Origin: Candidatus Saccharimonadota bacterium
GTDB lineage: Bacteria > Patescibacteriota > Saccharimonadia > Saccharimonadales > UBA4665
Length of the DNA stretch: 32,000 nt
Direction of reading: 5' to 3'
NCBI GenBank assembly: GCA_016700375.1
Contig: CP065016.1
Span: 90,001 to 122,000 of the forward strand
Positions 23,345-31,485 of this stretch are shown one piece after another. The notes beneath the pieces are model-generated. The model was not told the origin of the DNA. It ran no database searches and saw only the letters and a program-made list of their open reading frames with translations. The position numbers and the translations under genes were made by a program. The first letter of the stretch is position 1. Each line of letters opens with the position of its first letter.

Positions 23345-24250
23345 ATGGCTTGGGTGATAGCGGTAATACTAATCATTTTGCTAGCAACGGGGTTATTTAC
23401 GGTCAAACAGCAAACGATTGCTATCGTGGAGCGGTTTGGTCGGTTCAAAAAGGCCTCGAAAGCCGGACTTAATTTCAAAATTCCGCTTATTGACCAAATT
23501 GCTGGGCGTGTGAACCTGCGCGTGCAGCAGCTAGACGTTCAGGTAGAGACAAAAACGAAGGACAATGTGTTCGTCTTTGTTATTGTGAGTGTGCAGTACT
23601 TTGTGCCAGCCGAAAAGGCAGTCGATGCGTTTTATAAACTGCAGAACCCCCAGGAACAGATTACGGCTTATGTGTTCGACACCGTACGTGCCCGTGTGCC
23701 GGCAGTTAACCTAGACCAGTTGTTCGAAATGAAGGACGACATTGCTACCGCGGTGAAGGCAGAGCTCGACACAGTTATGGACGACTTCGGGTATGCCATA
23801 GTAAAAGCCTTGGTGACAGACATCAATCCCGACGAAAAAGTCAAAGTGAGTATGAATGAAATTAACGCTGCACAGCGTCTGCGTGAAGCAGCCATACAGC
23901 AGGCCGAGGCAGATAAAATTCGTGTGGTGAAGGCTGCCGAAGGTGAAGCCGAAAGTAAGGCGCTACAGGGACAAGGTATTGCAAACCAGCGCAAGGCCAT
24001 CATAGAAGGGCTGAAAGAGTCGGTCGAAAACTTTAGTAGCGCCGTGAACGGTGTGAACAGCCAAGACGTTATGAACCTGGTAATGATGACGCAGTATTTT
24101 GACACCATCAAAGAACTAGGCATGAGTGGCAAAAACAGTACCATCCTTATCCCTCACGGCCCCGGTGGCATGACCGACATGAGCGACCAAATCCGCAACG
24201 CCATGATTACTGCTGAGCAGGTGAACAAGGCCACCAAAACTCAGGCTTAA
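23345..24250 (+). CDS. SPFH/band-7 (stomatin/prohibitin-like) membrane protein
   Basis: N-terminal TM helix followed by a typical SPFH core (VKQQTIAIVERFGRFKKASKAGLNFKIPLIDQIAGRVNLRVQQLDV...) and an A/E/Q-rich coiled-coil (QRLREAAIQQAEADKIRVVKAAEGEAESKAL). Confidence 0.88.
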   Translation: MAWVIAVILIILLATGLFTVKQQTIAIVERFGRFKKASKAGLNFKIPLIDQIAGRVNLRVQQLDVQVETKTKDNVFVFVIVSVQYFVPAEKAVDAFYKLQNPQEQITAYVFDTVRARVPAVNLDQLFEMKDDIATAVKAELDTVMDDFGYAIVKALVTDINPDEKVKVSMNEINAAQRLREAAIQQAEADKIRVVKAAEGEAESKALQGQGIANQRKAIIEGLKESVENFSSAVNGVNSQDVMNLVMMTQYFDTIKELGMSGKNSTILIPHGPGGMTDMSDQIRNAMITAEQVNKATKTQA

Positions 24251-24657
24251 ACTTCAGGGGCTTGCAACCTTTGTCCCTTAGCTAAACCTGCCTCAACTGC
24301 TATTCGACCATTAAGCAGCGCAATTTCTCTTCTGAGCCCCACTCGTTCAGAAATGTATGCACTGCTAACACCTTTAAGTCTAGCTAGCATTTCCCGTTCG
24401 TGGGCTCTCGATAGGGGGTCTCCACACAGTAATTCGGTGATAACAGTCGGATTGCAATTTTGGACTTGTCTTTCGCCAACCTCTCTCCGCACATTTAGCG
24501 CTGCGGCGCCAATCGCGTCATAGCTGCTTTGTAAATCATCTCGTATGCCACGCAGGGAGCGGTCTGAAACCAGCGCCAAGACATCTGCAATTGCAGGCTC
24601 TACTCCCCTAACTGTGTCGTCGTGCTGTAAGGCGGCGGCTTCTTGTGTAAATTTCAT
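24247..24657 (-). CDS. Hypothetical protein (136 aa)
   Basis: The ORF has a plausible minus-strand promoter: TTGACA at complement 24712-24717, 17-nt spacer, TAATTT at complement 24689-24694. Its stop overlaps the SPFH stop within TTAA (24247-24250). No motif recognised. Confidence 0.5.
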   Translation of the reverse strand: MKFTQEAAALQHDDTVRGVEPAIADVLALVSDRSLRGIRDDLQSSYDAIGAAALNVRREVGERQVQNCNPTVITELLCGDPLSRAHEREMLARLKGVSSAYISERVGLRREIALLNGRIAVEAGLAKGQRLQAPEV

Positions 24658-24778
24658 ATAAATACTTATTCCTGATAATTCTCACTGTAAATTACTCTTG
24701 GGCTAGAGCTCTGTCAATACCGAAACTCATAGGCTTTAACTTTATTAATTACAGTGCGACCCTTTTTTATAGAAGTTG

Positions 24779-24807
24779 TTGACACAGGCACTTTAGTTTG
24801 GTAAAGT
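24779..24807 (+). promoter_or_regulatory. Promoter of the TrpR-like gene: -35 TTGACA (24779-24784), 17-nt spacer, -10 TAAAGT (24802-24807)
   Basis: Read directly. The ATG at 24815 is 7 nt after the -10, so the predicted mRNA is leaderless. Confidence 0.55.
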
Positions 24808-24814
24808 GGTCTGG

Positions 24815-25141
24815 ATGAAAACGTATGATATATCGGTTATGGAAGAAGCGATGACTCAGCAGCTGGCTGAGGTACTGACAGATATTGCCGAAGTGCCTAC
24901 CATGCAAGCTTTTTTGCGCGATGTTATGACAGAAAAGGAAATAATAGAAATCAGTGCCCGTTTTGAGGCTGCTAGAATGCTTTCAGCTGGCGAGTCCTAT
25001 ACGAATATTATCAAACGAACGAAACTGAGTAGCCGTACGGTAGCGCGCATCAGCGATTGGCTACAGAACGGTTCAGGTGGCTACCGCACTGTCATAGAAA
25101 ACATTCATCACGCTCATCTCTCGCCGGACTTGTCTAGGTAG
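24815..25141 (+). CDS. YerC/YecD-family (TrpR-like) DNA-binding protein
   Basis: FLRDVMTEKEIIEISARFEAARMLSAGESYTNIIKRTKLSSRTVARISDWLQNGSGGY matches, from memory, the YerC/YecD pattern (...EI..LSQRFEVAKML..G.TY..I...TG.S.ATISRV.R.L..G). The ORF-track GTG at 24806 overlaps the -10. Confidence 0.72.
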   Translation: MKTYDISVMEEAMTQQLAEVLTDIAEVPTMQAFLRDVMTEKEIIEISARFEAARMLSAGESYTNIIKRTKLSSRTVARISDWLQNGSGGYRTVIENIHHAHLSPDLSR

Positions 25142-25165
25142 TCATCTCTTTTTTCGAAAAAGTAC

Positions 25166-25194
25166 CGCCGGACAAGCTCCGGCGTTTTGCTTTG
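25166..25194 (+). terminator. Intrinsic terminator after the TrpR-like gene
   Basis: CGCCGGA (25166-25172) / TCCGGCG (25178-25184), 5-nt loop, followed by TTTTGCTTTG. Confidence 0.6.
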
Positions 25195-25208
25195 TTAAGA
25201 ATTAACTA

Positions 25209-25244
25209 TTCTAGTTTCTCATGCTATAGCATCCAGAACTAGAC
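25209..25244. promoter_or_regulatory. Nested palindrome and putative hisIE promoter/operator: arms TCTAGTT / AACTAGA flanking the 12-bp palindrome ATGCTATAGCAT, which contains an extended -10-like TGCTATAGC
   Basis: TCTAGTT (25210-25216) and AACTAGA (25237-25243) form a perfect 7-bp inverted repeat. ATGCTATAGCAT (25221-25232) is self-complementary. TGCTATAGC (25222-25230) resembles the TGCTATAAT/TGCTATACT boxes elsewhere in the window. Confidence 0.5.
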
Positions 25245-25263
25245 AATTGTAAGGAGATTTGAA

Positions 25264-26037
25264 ATGAAAGAAATGATAAATGCAGACTCAGTTTGTGACG
25301 AGCGGCCCACATTTGAGCTGCCCGAACTCGACTGGAAGAAACAAGGTGGCATGGTGCCGGCGGTTGTGCAGGATGAAGCCGATGGAGGGGTGCTGATGGT
25401 GGGGTGGATGAACCCTGAATCCCTTGAAAAAACACTAGAAACCGGCAATGTGACGTTTTGGAGCCGAACTCGTGATGAGCTCTGGACGAAAGGTGAAACA
25501 TCTGGCAACTTTTTACGCCTGAAAGCCATGGCTAAAGATTGCGAAGGTGGCGACACGCTTGTTGTGGTCGCTCGACCTGCCGGTCCCACTTGTAGCGAGG
25601 GGAATCGGACGTGCTTCGATGGCGAGGGAAAAAAGATTGTTGGCGATGTAGAAACGTACCGGCGTCGGTGGAAAATTGGCACAATGATTGCGGAGATTGA
25701 TGCAACTTTTGAGGAACGAATGGCAGAGTTCGATGACGCTTCAAAACAGAGCTACTCACTTAATCTGCTTCGTGACCCAAATAAAGCCGCAAAGAAGCTC
25801 GGCGAAGAGGTCATGGAATTTGTGCAGTCAGCAATAGAACAGGAAGCCACGTTGGCTGAAAATGAGCTCGCAGATGTTATTTTCGCGGCGATTACCATGG
25901 CACTGAGCCGAGGCAAACAAATTTCTCTGACCGGTGTAACGGAGATTCTTATTGGTCGCAATCAGGGTAAACGAGCGGGCAGCGACGAGCGCTTCAATCT
26001 GCCCGGCAAAGGAGCCCAAGATGGAACTGCTGCGTGA
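25264..26037 (+). CDS. hisIE: Bifunctional phosphoribosyl-AMP cyclohydrolase / phosphoribosyl-ATP pyrophosphatase HisIE
   Basis: HisI part: MVPAVVQDEADGGVLMVGWMNPESLEKTLETGNVTFWSRTRDELWTKGETSGN...C..C. HisE part: SYSLNLLRDPNKAAKKLGEEVMEFV...ELADVIFAAI. SD AAGGAG lies 7 nt upstream. Confidence 0.88.
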   Translation: MKEMINADSVCDERPTFELPELDWKKQGGMVPAVVQDEADGGVLMVGWMNPESLEKTLETGNVTFWSRTRDELWTKGETSGNFLRLKAMAKDCEGGDTLVVVARPAGPTCSEGNRTCFDGEGKKIVGDVETYRRRWKIGTMIAEIDATFEERMAEFDDASKQSYSLNLLRDPNKAAKKLGEEVMEFVQSAIEQEATLAENELADVIFAAITMALSRGKQISLTGVTEILIGRNQGKRAGSDERFNLPGKGAQDGTAA

Positions 26038-26668
26038 TATTGCCGTTTCTGCTGAACGAATACTGGTGCCAAAGAGTCGTGATGCGCTCAGCGCTGTTGC
26101 TGCGTTTACTGAGACAACCGGAGTTGAGGTACCACTAACCGTTTGGGATACAGAGTATGTGCGAAGTAACGGTCGGAGTTTCCGGCTGGTGCCAGGCAGC
26201 GACATGTCAAGTCAGATTGCTGCTGGATGGGGTGATATAGCGATATGTTCGACAGAGCTTGTCGCAGAGGCGGGGGTTGATGCGCTCCAATCAATCCGCG
26301 TCGGGAAAAGTATCTGCCGTTACAGCATCTTAGCGCTCGAAGAGAGTGCCGAGGACTGGCGAGCATTTCTTGAGCGAACGTCACGCTATGCTCGCAATCC
26401 CCGTTATGTACCGGCGTCATTCCCGAACTATCTGGGCATGATTGCAGCTGGCCGAGATTTACCTTTGGTACCAATGAGGGATATTTCCATAAGCGGCAAG
26501 GGCGAAGCCACTATGCGAGATAGTGGCATTGGAGCGGTCGCAGATAGAGTTGTGAGCGGCGAAACGGCTCGGAAGCTAGGGGCACTGGAGGTGTTTGAAC
26601 TCGCCAAAATTTACCCAGAAGTCATTTTTAGGAGGCAAGATGCAGACGCGTATAAACCCGCCGCGTGA
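26021..26668 (+). CDS. hisG: Divergent short-form ATP phosphoribosyltransferase (HisG-like)
   Basis: ILVPKSRD (compare IALPKGRL), FRLVPGSDMSSQIAAGWGDIAICSTELVAE (compare ...RP.DIP.YV..G..D.GI.G.D.L.E) and DRVVSGETARKLG (compare D.V.TG.TL). The similarity is loose. ATG at 26021 with SD AAAGGAG; overlaps hisIE by 17 nt. The ORF track starts at 25952. Confidence 0.6.
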   Translation: MELLRDIAVSAERILVPKSRDALSAVAAFTETTGVEVPLTVWDTEYVRSNGRSFRLVPGSDMSSQIAAGWGDIAICSTELVAEAGVDALQSIRVGKSICRYSILALEESAEDWRAFLERTSRYARNPRYVPASFPNYLGMIAAGRDLPLVPMRDISISGKGEATMRDSGIGAVADRVVSGETARKLGALEVFELAKIYPEVIFRRQDADAYKPAA

Positions 26669-27917
26669 AGGATGGGAGCGACTATGCCAAAGACCGTCTT
26701 TGGCACGAGGTGTGCTGGATGAAACCATTGGCGCGGTGTTTGAGCAGGTGAAACAGGGCGGTGACAGTGCCCTGTACGCACTCACCGAATTGTACGATGG
26801 GGTGAAACTCACCGATGTGAAAGTGCCCCTCCGCGGTGAAGCCGAGGAAAGCAGCAGCTTAGACAGTGACCTAAAACAGGCTATCGATATGGCCTACCAA
26901 AATATTTGGAAATTTCACACGCTCCAAGCTGAACACGATATACGCCGGGTCGAAACGCAGCCTGGCGTCGTGTGCTGGCAAGAGCCGCGTGCGATTGAGC
27001 GAGTTGGGTTGTATGTGCCTTGTGGTTCAGCTCCCCTGGTGTCGACTATGCTGATGCTCGGCGTGCCGGCGCAGATTGCGGGCTGCCGTGAGGTTGTGGT
27101 GTGTACGCCGCCGAACAAATCTGGAAAAATCGACCAAGCAATCCGCTATGCAGCGGCAAAGTGCGGTGTAAACCAGTTGTATACGGCCGGCGGTGCACAA
27201 GCCATTGCAGCCATGACACTTGGTACAGAAACAGTGCCGCGTGTCAATAAACTGTTCGGGCCGGGCAATCAGTACGTGACCGCGGCAAAAAACTACGCTG
27301 AGCGTTACGGTGTGGCCAAGGACATGCCGGCCGGGCCGTCTGAGGTCCTTGTGCTAGCAGACGAAACCGCCCGACCTGACTTTGTGGCGGCCGACCTCCT
27401 TAGCCAGGCCGAACACGGCTCAGACAGCCAAGTTGTACTGGTCACAACGTCGCGTCGTTTGCAAAATGAAGTGAAGAAAGAGCTTTTTCGCCAGATACGC
27501 TTACTCGAACGAAGTGAAATTGCTGCCCAAGCCCTCAAGCAGTCGCTGAGTGTCTGGTTTCCCGACATAGAACAAGCTGTTGCCTTTGCAAACACCTACG
27601 CGCCCGAGCACTGGATTATGCAAGTTGCTGAGGCTGAGGATTGGGCAAGCCGCGTGCAAAATGCCGGTTCGCTCTTCATTGGTTCATATTCGCCAGAAAG
27701 CGCGGGCGACTACGCGAGCGGTACAAACCACACCTTGCCCACAGCCGGATGGGCGAAAACAAACAGTGGCGTTTCGGTTGCATCGTTTCAAAAAACCATT
27801 AGTTTTCAGTCGATTTCGCCTTTAGGCTTGCGCACGCTGGCGCCAGCTATTTTGCCGCTTGCGAGCGCCGAAGGTCTGACTGCCCACGCTCGTGCAGTCT
27901 CAATCCGTCTCGAATGA
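26640..27917 (+). CDS. hisD: Histidinol dehydrogenase
   Basis: LLSQAEHGSDSQVVLVT, NTYAPEHW, SPESAGDYASGTNHTLPT. ATG at 26640 with SD AGGAGG (26630-26635); overlaps hisG by 29 nt. The ORF track starts at 26595. Confidence 0.92.
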   Translation: MQTRINPPREGWERLCQRPSLARGVLDETIGAVFEQVKQGGDSALYALTELYDGVKLTDVKVPLRGEAEESSSLDSDLKQAIDMAYQNIWKFHTLQAEHDIRRVETQPGVVCWQEPRAIERVGLYVPCGSAPLVSTMLMLGVPAQIAGCREVVVCTPPNKSGKIDQAIRYAAAKCGVNQLYTAGGAQAIAAMTLGTETVPRVNKLFGPGNQYVTAAKNYAERYGVAKDMPAGPSEVLVLADETARPDFVAADLLSQAEHGSDSQVVLVTTSRRLQNEVKKELFRQIRLLERSEIAAQALKQSLSVWFPDIEQAVAFANTYAPEHWIMQVAEAEDWASRVQNAGSLFIGSYSPESAGDYASGTNHTLPTAGWAKTNSGVSVASFQKTISFQSISPLGLRTLAPAILPLASAEGLTAHARAVSIRLE

Positions 27918-27930
27918 GCACGGCCCAGCA

Positions 27931-27957
27931 CTGCGTCAGGGTCCGTCCTTGACGCAG
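27931..27957 (+). terminator. Hairpin after hisD (CTGCGTCA-N11-TGACGCAG), no T-tract
   Basis: Perfect 8-bp stem read directly. The lack of a U-run makes terminator function uncertain. Confidence 0.3.
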
Positions 27958-27962
27958 AGAAG

Positions 27963-28009
27963 CTCTTAACTCTTAACTCTTAACTCTTAACTCTTAACTC
28001 TTAACTCTG
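27963..28009. repeat. Tandem array (CTCTTAA)x6 plus a partial unit immediately upstream of hisS
   Basis: Six perfect CTCTTAA units (27963-28004) followed by CTCTG. Same family as the tyrS array. Confidence 0.92.
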
Positions 28010-28015
28010 TATACT
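27987..28015 (+). promoter_or_regulatory. Candidate hisS promoter: -35 TTAACT (27987-27992, inside the array), 17-nt spacer, -10 TATACT (28010-28015)
   Basis: Near-identical to the tyrS promoter module. AGGAGG (28016-28021) directly abuts the -10, so it may not be transcribed from this promoter. Confidence 0.45.
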
Positions 28016-28024
28016 AGGAGGCAT

Positions 28025-29389
28025 ATGATACTATCGGTACAACCATATAAGGGTGCGCGGGATTTTTACCCCGAAGAAAAGCGTTTGCAAAAATACATGT
28101 TCGCGAAGATGCGCGAGGTGTGTGAAACCTTTGGCTACGAAGAGTACGACGCGCCGGTGCTTGAGCCGACGGACCTGTTTTTGGCAAAGGGTAACCAAGA
28201 AATTATAGACGAGCAAACCTACACGTTCTTGGACCGCGGCGGCCGCAGCGTGACCATTCGAACCGAGATGACGCCGACGGTCAGCCGTATGGTTGCCGGG
28301 CGTCGTCAAGAACTGGCGTACCCAGCGCGCTGGTACTCCATACCAAACGTCTGGCGCTACGAGCGGATGCAGCGGGGGCGCTTGCGCGAGTTCTGGCAGC
28401 TCAACGTCGACATCTTTGGGGTAGAGGGTATAGAGGCGGAGCACGAAATCATTGTGCTCGCCGACCGGATTATGCGGAGCTACGGGGCTAAGCCGGAGAT
28501 GTACACCATAAAGGTAAACAGCCGCAAGCTCATCAACTACCTGTTCCGTGACTATCTAGGTATGAGCGATACGCAACAAGAAATGCTGGTGCGACTCATA
28601 GACCGCATGCACAAAATGGAAGACGAAAGCTTTTACGCACAGGCCGATGCTATTTTGACGCCCACGCAACGGGAAAACGGTGTACTGACGAAACTAACCG
28701 AGCTCCTCAAGGCAAAAAAACTGAACGATTTGCCGCCAGGTGTCGAATCTTTGCCATCAGTGTTAGCACTAAAGCAGCTGAGCGATTTGCTCGCCGAGTC
28801 TAAGGTGACGAACGTTCGCTTTGACATCACGCTCATGCGAGGCTTTGATTACTACACCGACATAGTGTTTGAGGTGTTCGACGAACACCCCGAAAATAAC
28901 CGCAGCATGTTTGGCGGCGGTCGATACGATGGGCTGGTTGGCATGTTTGGCGTTGAGCCAGTGCCAACGGTGGGCTTCGGTATGGGCGACGTGACATTAC
29001 AGAATTTCCTGGAAGGACACGAGCTTATTCCTGTGCTTGCGCCCGAAACAGATGCCTACGTGGTGCTGCTGGGTGAAAACATGTACGAAAAAGCCCAGGG
29101 CGTGCTGGCGCGTTTCCGGGAGGACGGCCTCCGTATAGCGGTGGATACCACGGGACGCAAACTGGAAAAACAAATAAAGACGGCGGTGAAAAAAGGCATA
29201 GACCACATTATTTTCATTGGCGATGCAGAAGTGGCCGACGACCGTTATAAGCTGAAAAACCTCGAAACGGGCGCAGAGGAAACGCACGGTAGCGAGCGTA
29301 TTGTGGCCATGCTGCGCGACCGACGCCGTAAGCACGCCGTACCAAAAGTGGCGCCAGCAGAGACCGACGCAGACGACTTCGACGTATGA
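28025..29389 (+). CDS. hisS: Histidyl-tRNA synthetase
   Basis: Class II motifs: motif 2 WRYERMQRGRLREFWQ and motif 3 GGGRYDGLV. A C-terminal anticodon-binding domain is present, so this is HisRS rather than HisZ. Confidence 0.92.
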   Translation: MILSVQPYKGARDFYPEEKRLQKYMFAKMREVCETFGYEEYDAPVLEPTDLFLAKGNQEIIDEQTYTFLDRGGRSVTIRTEMTPTVSRMVAGRRQELAYPARWYSIPNVWRYERMQRGRLREFWQLNVDIFGVEGIEAEHEIIVLADRIMRSYGAKPEMYTIKVNSRKLINYLFRDYLGMSDTQQEMLVRLIDRMHKMEDESFYAQADAILTPTQRENGVLTKLTELLKAKKLNDLPPGVESLPSVLALKQLSDLLAESKVTNVRFDITLMRGFDYYTDIVFEVFDEHPENNRSMFGGGRYDGLVGMFGVEPVPTVGFGMGDVTLQNFLEGHELIPVLAPETDAYVVLLGENMYEKAQGVLARFREDGLRIAVDTTGRKLEKQIKTAVKKGIDHIIFIGDAEVADDRYKLKNLETGAEETHGSERIVAMLRDRRRKHAVPKVAPAETDADDFDV

Positions 29390-29850
29390 CCGCAACGAAC
29401 CATGCGCTAACAGGCGCCCTTATTGGCCTTAGCATAGGTAACCCCTGGCTGGCGCTGCCGGCTGCCTTTGTGTCTCACTTTGTGCTTGATGCGGTGCCGC
29501 ACTTCGGGTTTAAGGGGAAGCTGTCTGACGAAGAATTGCTTTGGCGTCCTGCGTTTAAGGCATTGCTAAGTGTCGAAGCACTCCTGTGTTTTGGAGTCGT
29601 GCTTACCCTGTGGCTGATACGGCCAGAATATTGGTTGCTTGGGGCGGTTTGCGCATTCGTAGCGGCGTCACCTGACCTATATTCCTTGCCACGGTTTATT
29701 GAGGTAAATGGTTGGAGTTCGAAAAAAACGCAGTGGAACGCGTTTCGGCGGTTTCATAGGGGCATCCAGACAGAGCGAATCTGGGGTGCTTGGATAGAAC
29801 TGGCTTGGCTTATTACCGTACTGAGCCTGTTCGTACGGTTCCTGCGGTAG
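29386..29850 (+). CDS. Small integral membrane protein, possibly YdjM/DUF457-like
   Basis: About 4 hydrophobic helices. MTATNH... and SHFVLDAVPH loosely recall DUF457 metal-ligand motifs; the family assignment is weak. The start overlaps the hisS stop (ATGA). Confidence 0.5.
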   Translation: MTATNHALTGALIGLSIGNPWLALPAAFVSHFVLDAVPHFGFKGKLSDEELLWRPAFKALLSVEALLCFGVVLTLWLIRPEYWLLGAVCAFVAASPDLYSLPRFIEVNGWSSKKTQWNAFRRFHRGIQTERIWGAWIELAWLITVLSLFVRFLR

Positions 29851-29871
29851 CTGGTAATCTTCGGTGGTATC

Positions 29872-29880
29872 TGGTACAGT
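29872..29880 (+). promoter_or_regulatory. Extended -10-like TGGTACAGT, 8 nt upstream of the tig ATG
   Basis: Read directly. No SD is visible upstream of 29889. Confidence 0.4.
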
Positions 29881-29888
29881 AACTTACT

Positions 29889-31178
29889 ATGCAAATTACG
29901 AAAAAACAACTCAACCCAACTACTGTACAGCTAACGATAACCGCAGGGAGCGATGAACTTGCCCCTGCCAAACAAGTGGTGCTGACCGAGCTAGCCAAAG
30001 AAGTCAAACTCGCGGGCTTCCGCAAAGGACACGCACCGGCTGCCATGGTCGAAAAGGTTGTTGACCAGCAGTTGTTGCAAAACAAGGTGATTGACCATGT
30101 GGTGAATGAACTCTACACTGCCGGGTTGGAGCAGGAAAAACTGCGACCAGTTGCCCAACCCGAGGTAAGCCTGACGAAGTTTGTACCATTTACTACCTTA
30201 GAGATGAACGCGACTGTTGAGGTAGTGGGTGAGGTGAAATTACCCGACTATAAGAAATTTAAGGTCGAGAAAAAGGTTGCAGCGGTAACGGACGCAGAAA
30301 TAGAGGCCGTAGTCGATGACTTGTTGGCACGCAGTGCGACGAAAAATGAAGTAAAACGCGCAGCCGCAGACGGCGATGAAGTTACTATAGACTTTGCAGG
30401 CGTGGATGCGAAATCTCAGGAAGAAATTGAGGGTGCCAAGGGCGAAGACTATCCGCTTGTGCTCGGGAGCAACACCTTTATACCGGGCTTTGAACCAGAG
30501 CTGCTCGGTCTCAAGGCTGGTGATGCTAAAACATTTGACGTAACGTTTCCAAAAGATTACGGTGCAGCGCAGCTTCAAAATAAAAAAGTAACCTTTACTG
30601 TCACCGTAAAACTCGTAAAAGAACGCGTTTTGCCCAAACTAGATGCGGCGTTTGCGGCAAGTGTCGGGCCATTTAAGAGTGTTGCCGAACTGCGAACCGA
30701 TATTCGGAAGCAAATGGGTGCCGAAAAGGAACGAGAAGCGCAGGCGAAGCTCGAGAGCGATGTGCTTGAACAGCTTGGGCAAAAAGCCCAGATCGCTATG
30801 CCAGATAGTCTTGTCGAACAAGAAATTGACCGAATGGATGAGGAAGAAAAGCGCAACCTCATGTACCGTGGCCAGACATGGCAAGAACACTTGAAGGCCG
30901 AGGGTAAAACCGAAGAAGAACACCGTGAAAGCCACCGCGAACAAGCCGCACTGCGGGTAAAAACCGGCATTGCGCTCGGCGAAGTTGCCGAAAAGGAAGG
31001 TGTACGGGTAAGCCAAGAGGAGTTTGATGCCCGCCTGAGCGAGCTCAAAAAGCAATACACCGACCAGCAAATGCTCACCGAGCTTGAAAAACCCGAAAAC
31101 AAACGAGATATATTGAGCCGCATGCTCACCGAAAAAACCATCGCCACCCTTGTGAGCTACACGGTAAAGAAGAATTAA
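29889..31178 (+). CDS. tig: Trigger factor
   Basis: N-terminal ribosome-binding signature GFRKGHAP, a central FKBP-type PPIase region (DGDEVTIDFAG...FIPGFEPELLGLKAGD) and a helical C-terminal domain. tig-clpP synteny. Confidence 0.92.
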   Translation: MQITKKQLNPTTVQLTITAGSDELAPAKQVVLTELAKEVKLAGFRKGHAPAAMVEKVVDQQLLQNKVIDHVVNELYTAGLEQEKLRPVAQPEVSLTKFVPFTTLEMNATVEVVGEVKLPDYKKFKVEKKVAAVTDAEIEAVVDDLLARSATKNEVKRAAADGDEVTIDFAGVDAKSQEEIEGAKGEDYPLVLGSNTFIPGFEPELLGLKAGDAKTFDVTFPKDYGAAQLQNKKVTFTVTVKLVKERVLPKLDAAFAASVGPFKSVAELRTDIRKQMGAEKEREAQAKLESDVLEQLGQKAQIAMPDSLVEQEIDRMDEEEKRNLMYRGQTWQEHLKAEGKTEEEHRESHREQAALRVKTGIALGEVAEKEGVRVSQEEFDARLSELKKQYTDQQMLTELEKPENKRDILSRMLTEKTIATLVSYTVKKN

Positions 31179-31470
31179 CATTTCATTTCACGAACAGTTA
31201 CCCGTGCCACCCATAGATACAAGTCACGAGCTCATTCCAACGGCCATCAGGAAGGTAAGGGATTGTATTCGGGGATTTCCATGGATTAAGGGTCTATCTG
31301 GATTTGTGGATTACGGTAATGTCGCAGGTTTTGCCCCTGATACGACTAATCCATCTTCTGAAACTGTTCCCCAGTCTTAGACCTCATAACACAAGGGCAA
31401 TTGAAATTATGTATTGACTTATCCCCGCAGAAACCATGGGCATAAAGGTATGGACTAAAGAAAGCAAGTA

Positions 31471-31479
31471 TGTTATAAT
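31471..31479 (+). promoter_or_regulatory. Extended -10 TGTTATAAT, 6 nt upstream of the ATG at 31486
   Basis: Read directly. Confidence 0.45.
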
Positions 31480-31485
31480 CATAAT

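Noticed and set aside
27963-28009. Tandem arrays (also 13346-13380, 1588-1676, 17095-17129, 19967-20001) as CRISPR or minisatellite mobile elements
   Set aside because: The units are 7-8 bp with no spacers, far too short for CRISPR repeats. No cas genes, terminal inverted repeats or target-site duplications are present.
30575-31181. Long antisense ORFs inside tig (190 aa and 180 aa on the minus strand). Similar shadows occur in tyrS (13403-14029), clpC (5407-5928), nusA (3698-4135) and the PLC-like gene (20744-21217).
   Set aside because: They lie fully within strongly supported genes on the opposite strand, have S/R/C-rich low-complexity translations typical of antisense frames, and lack promoters or SDs.
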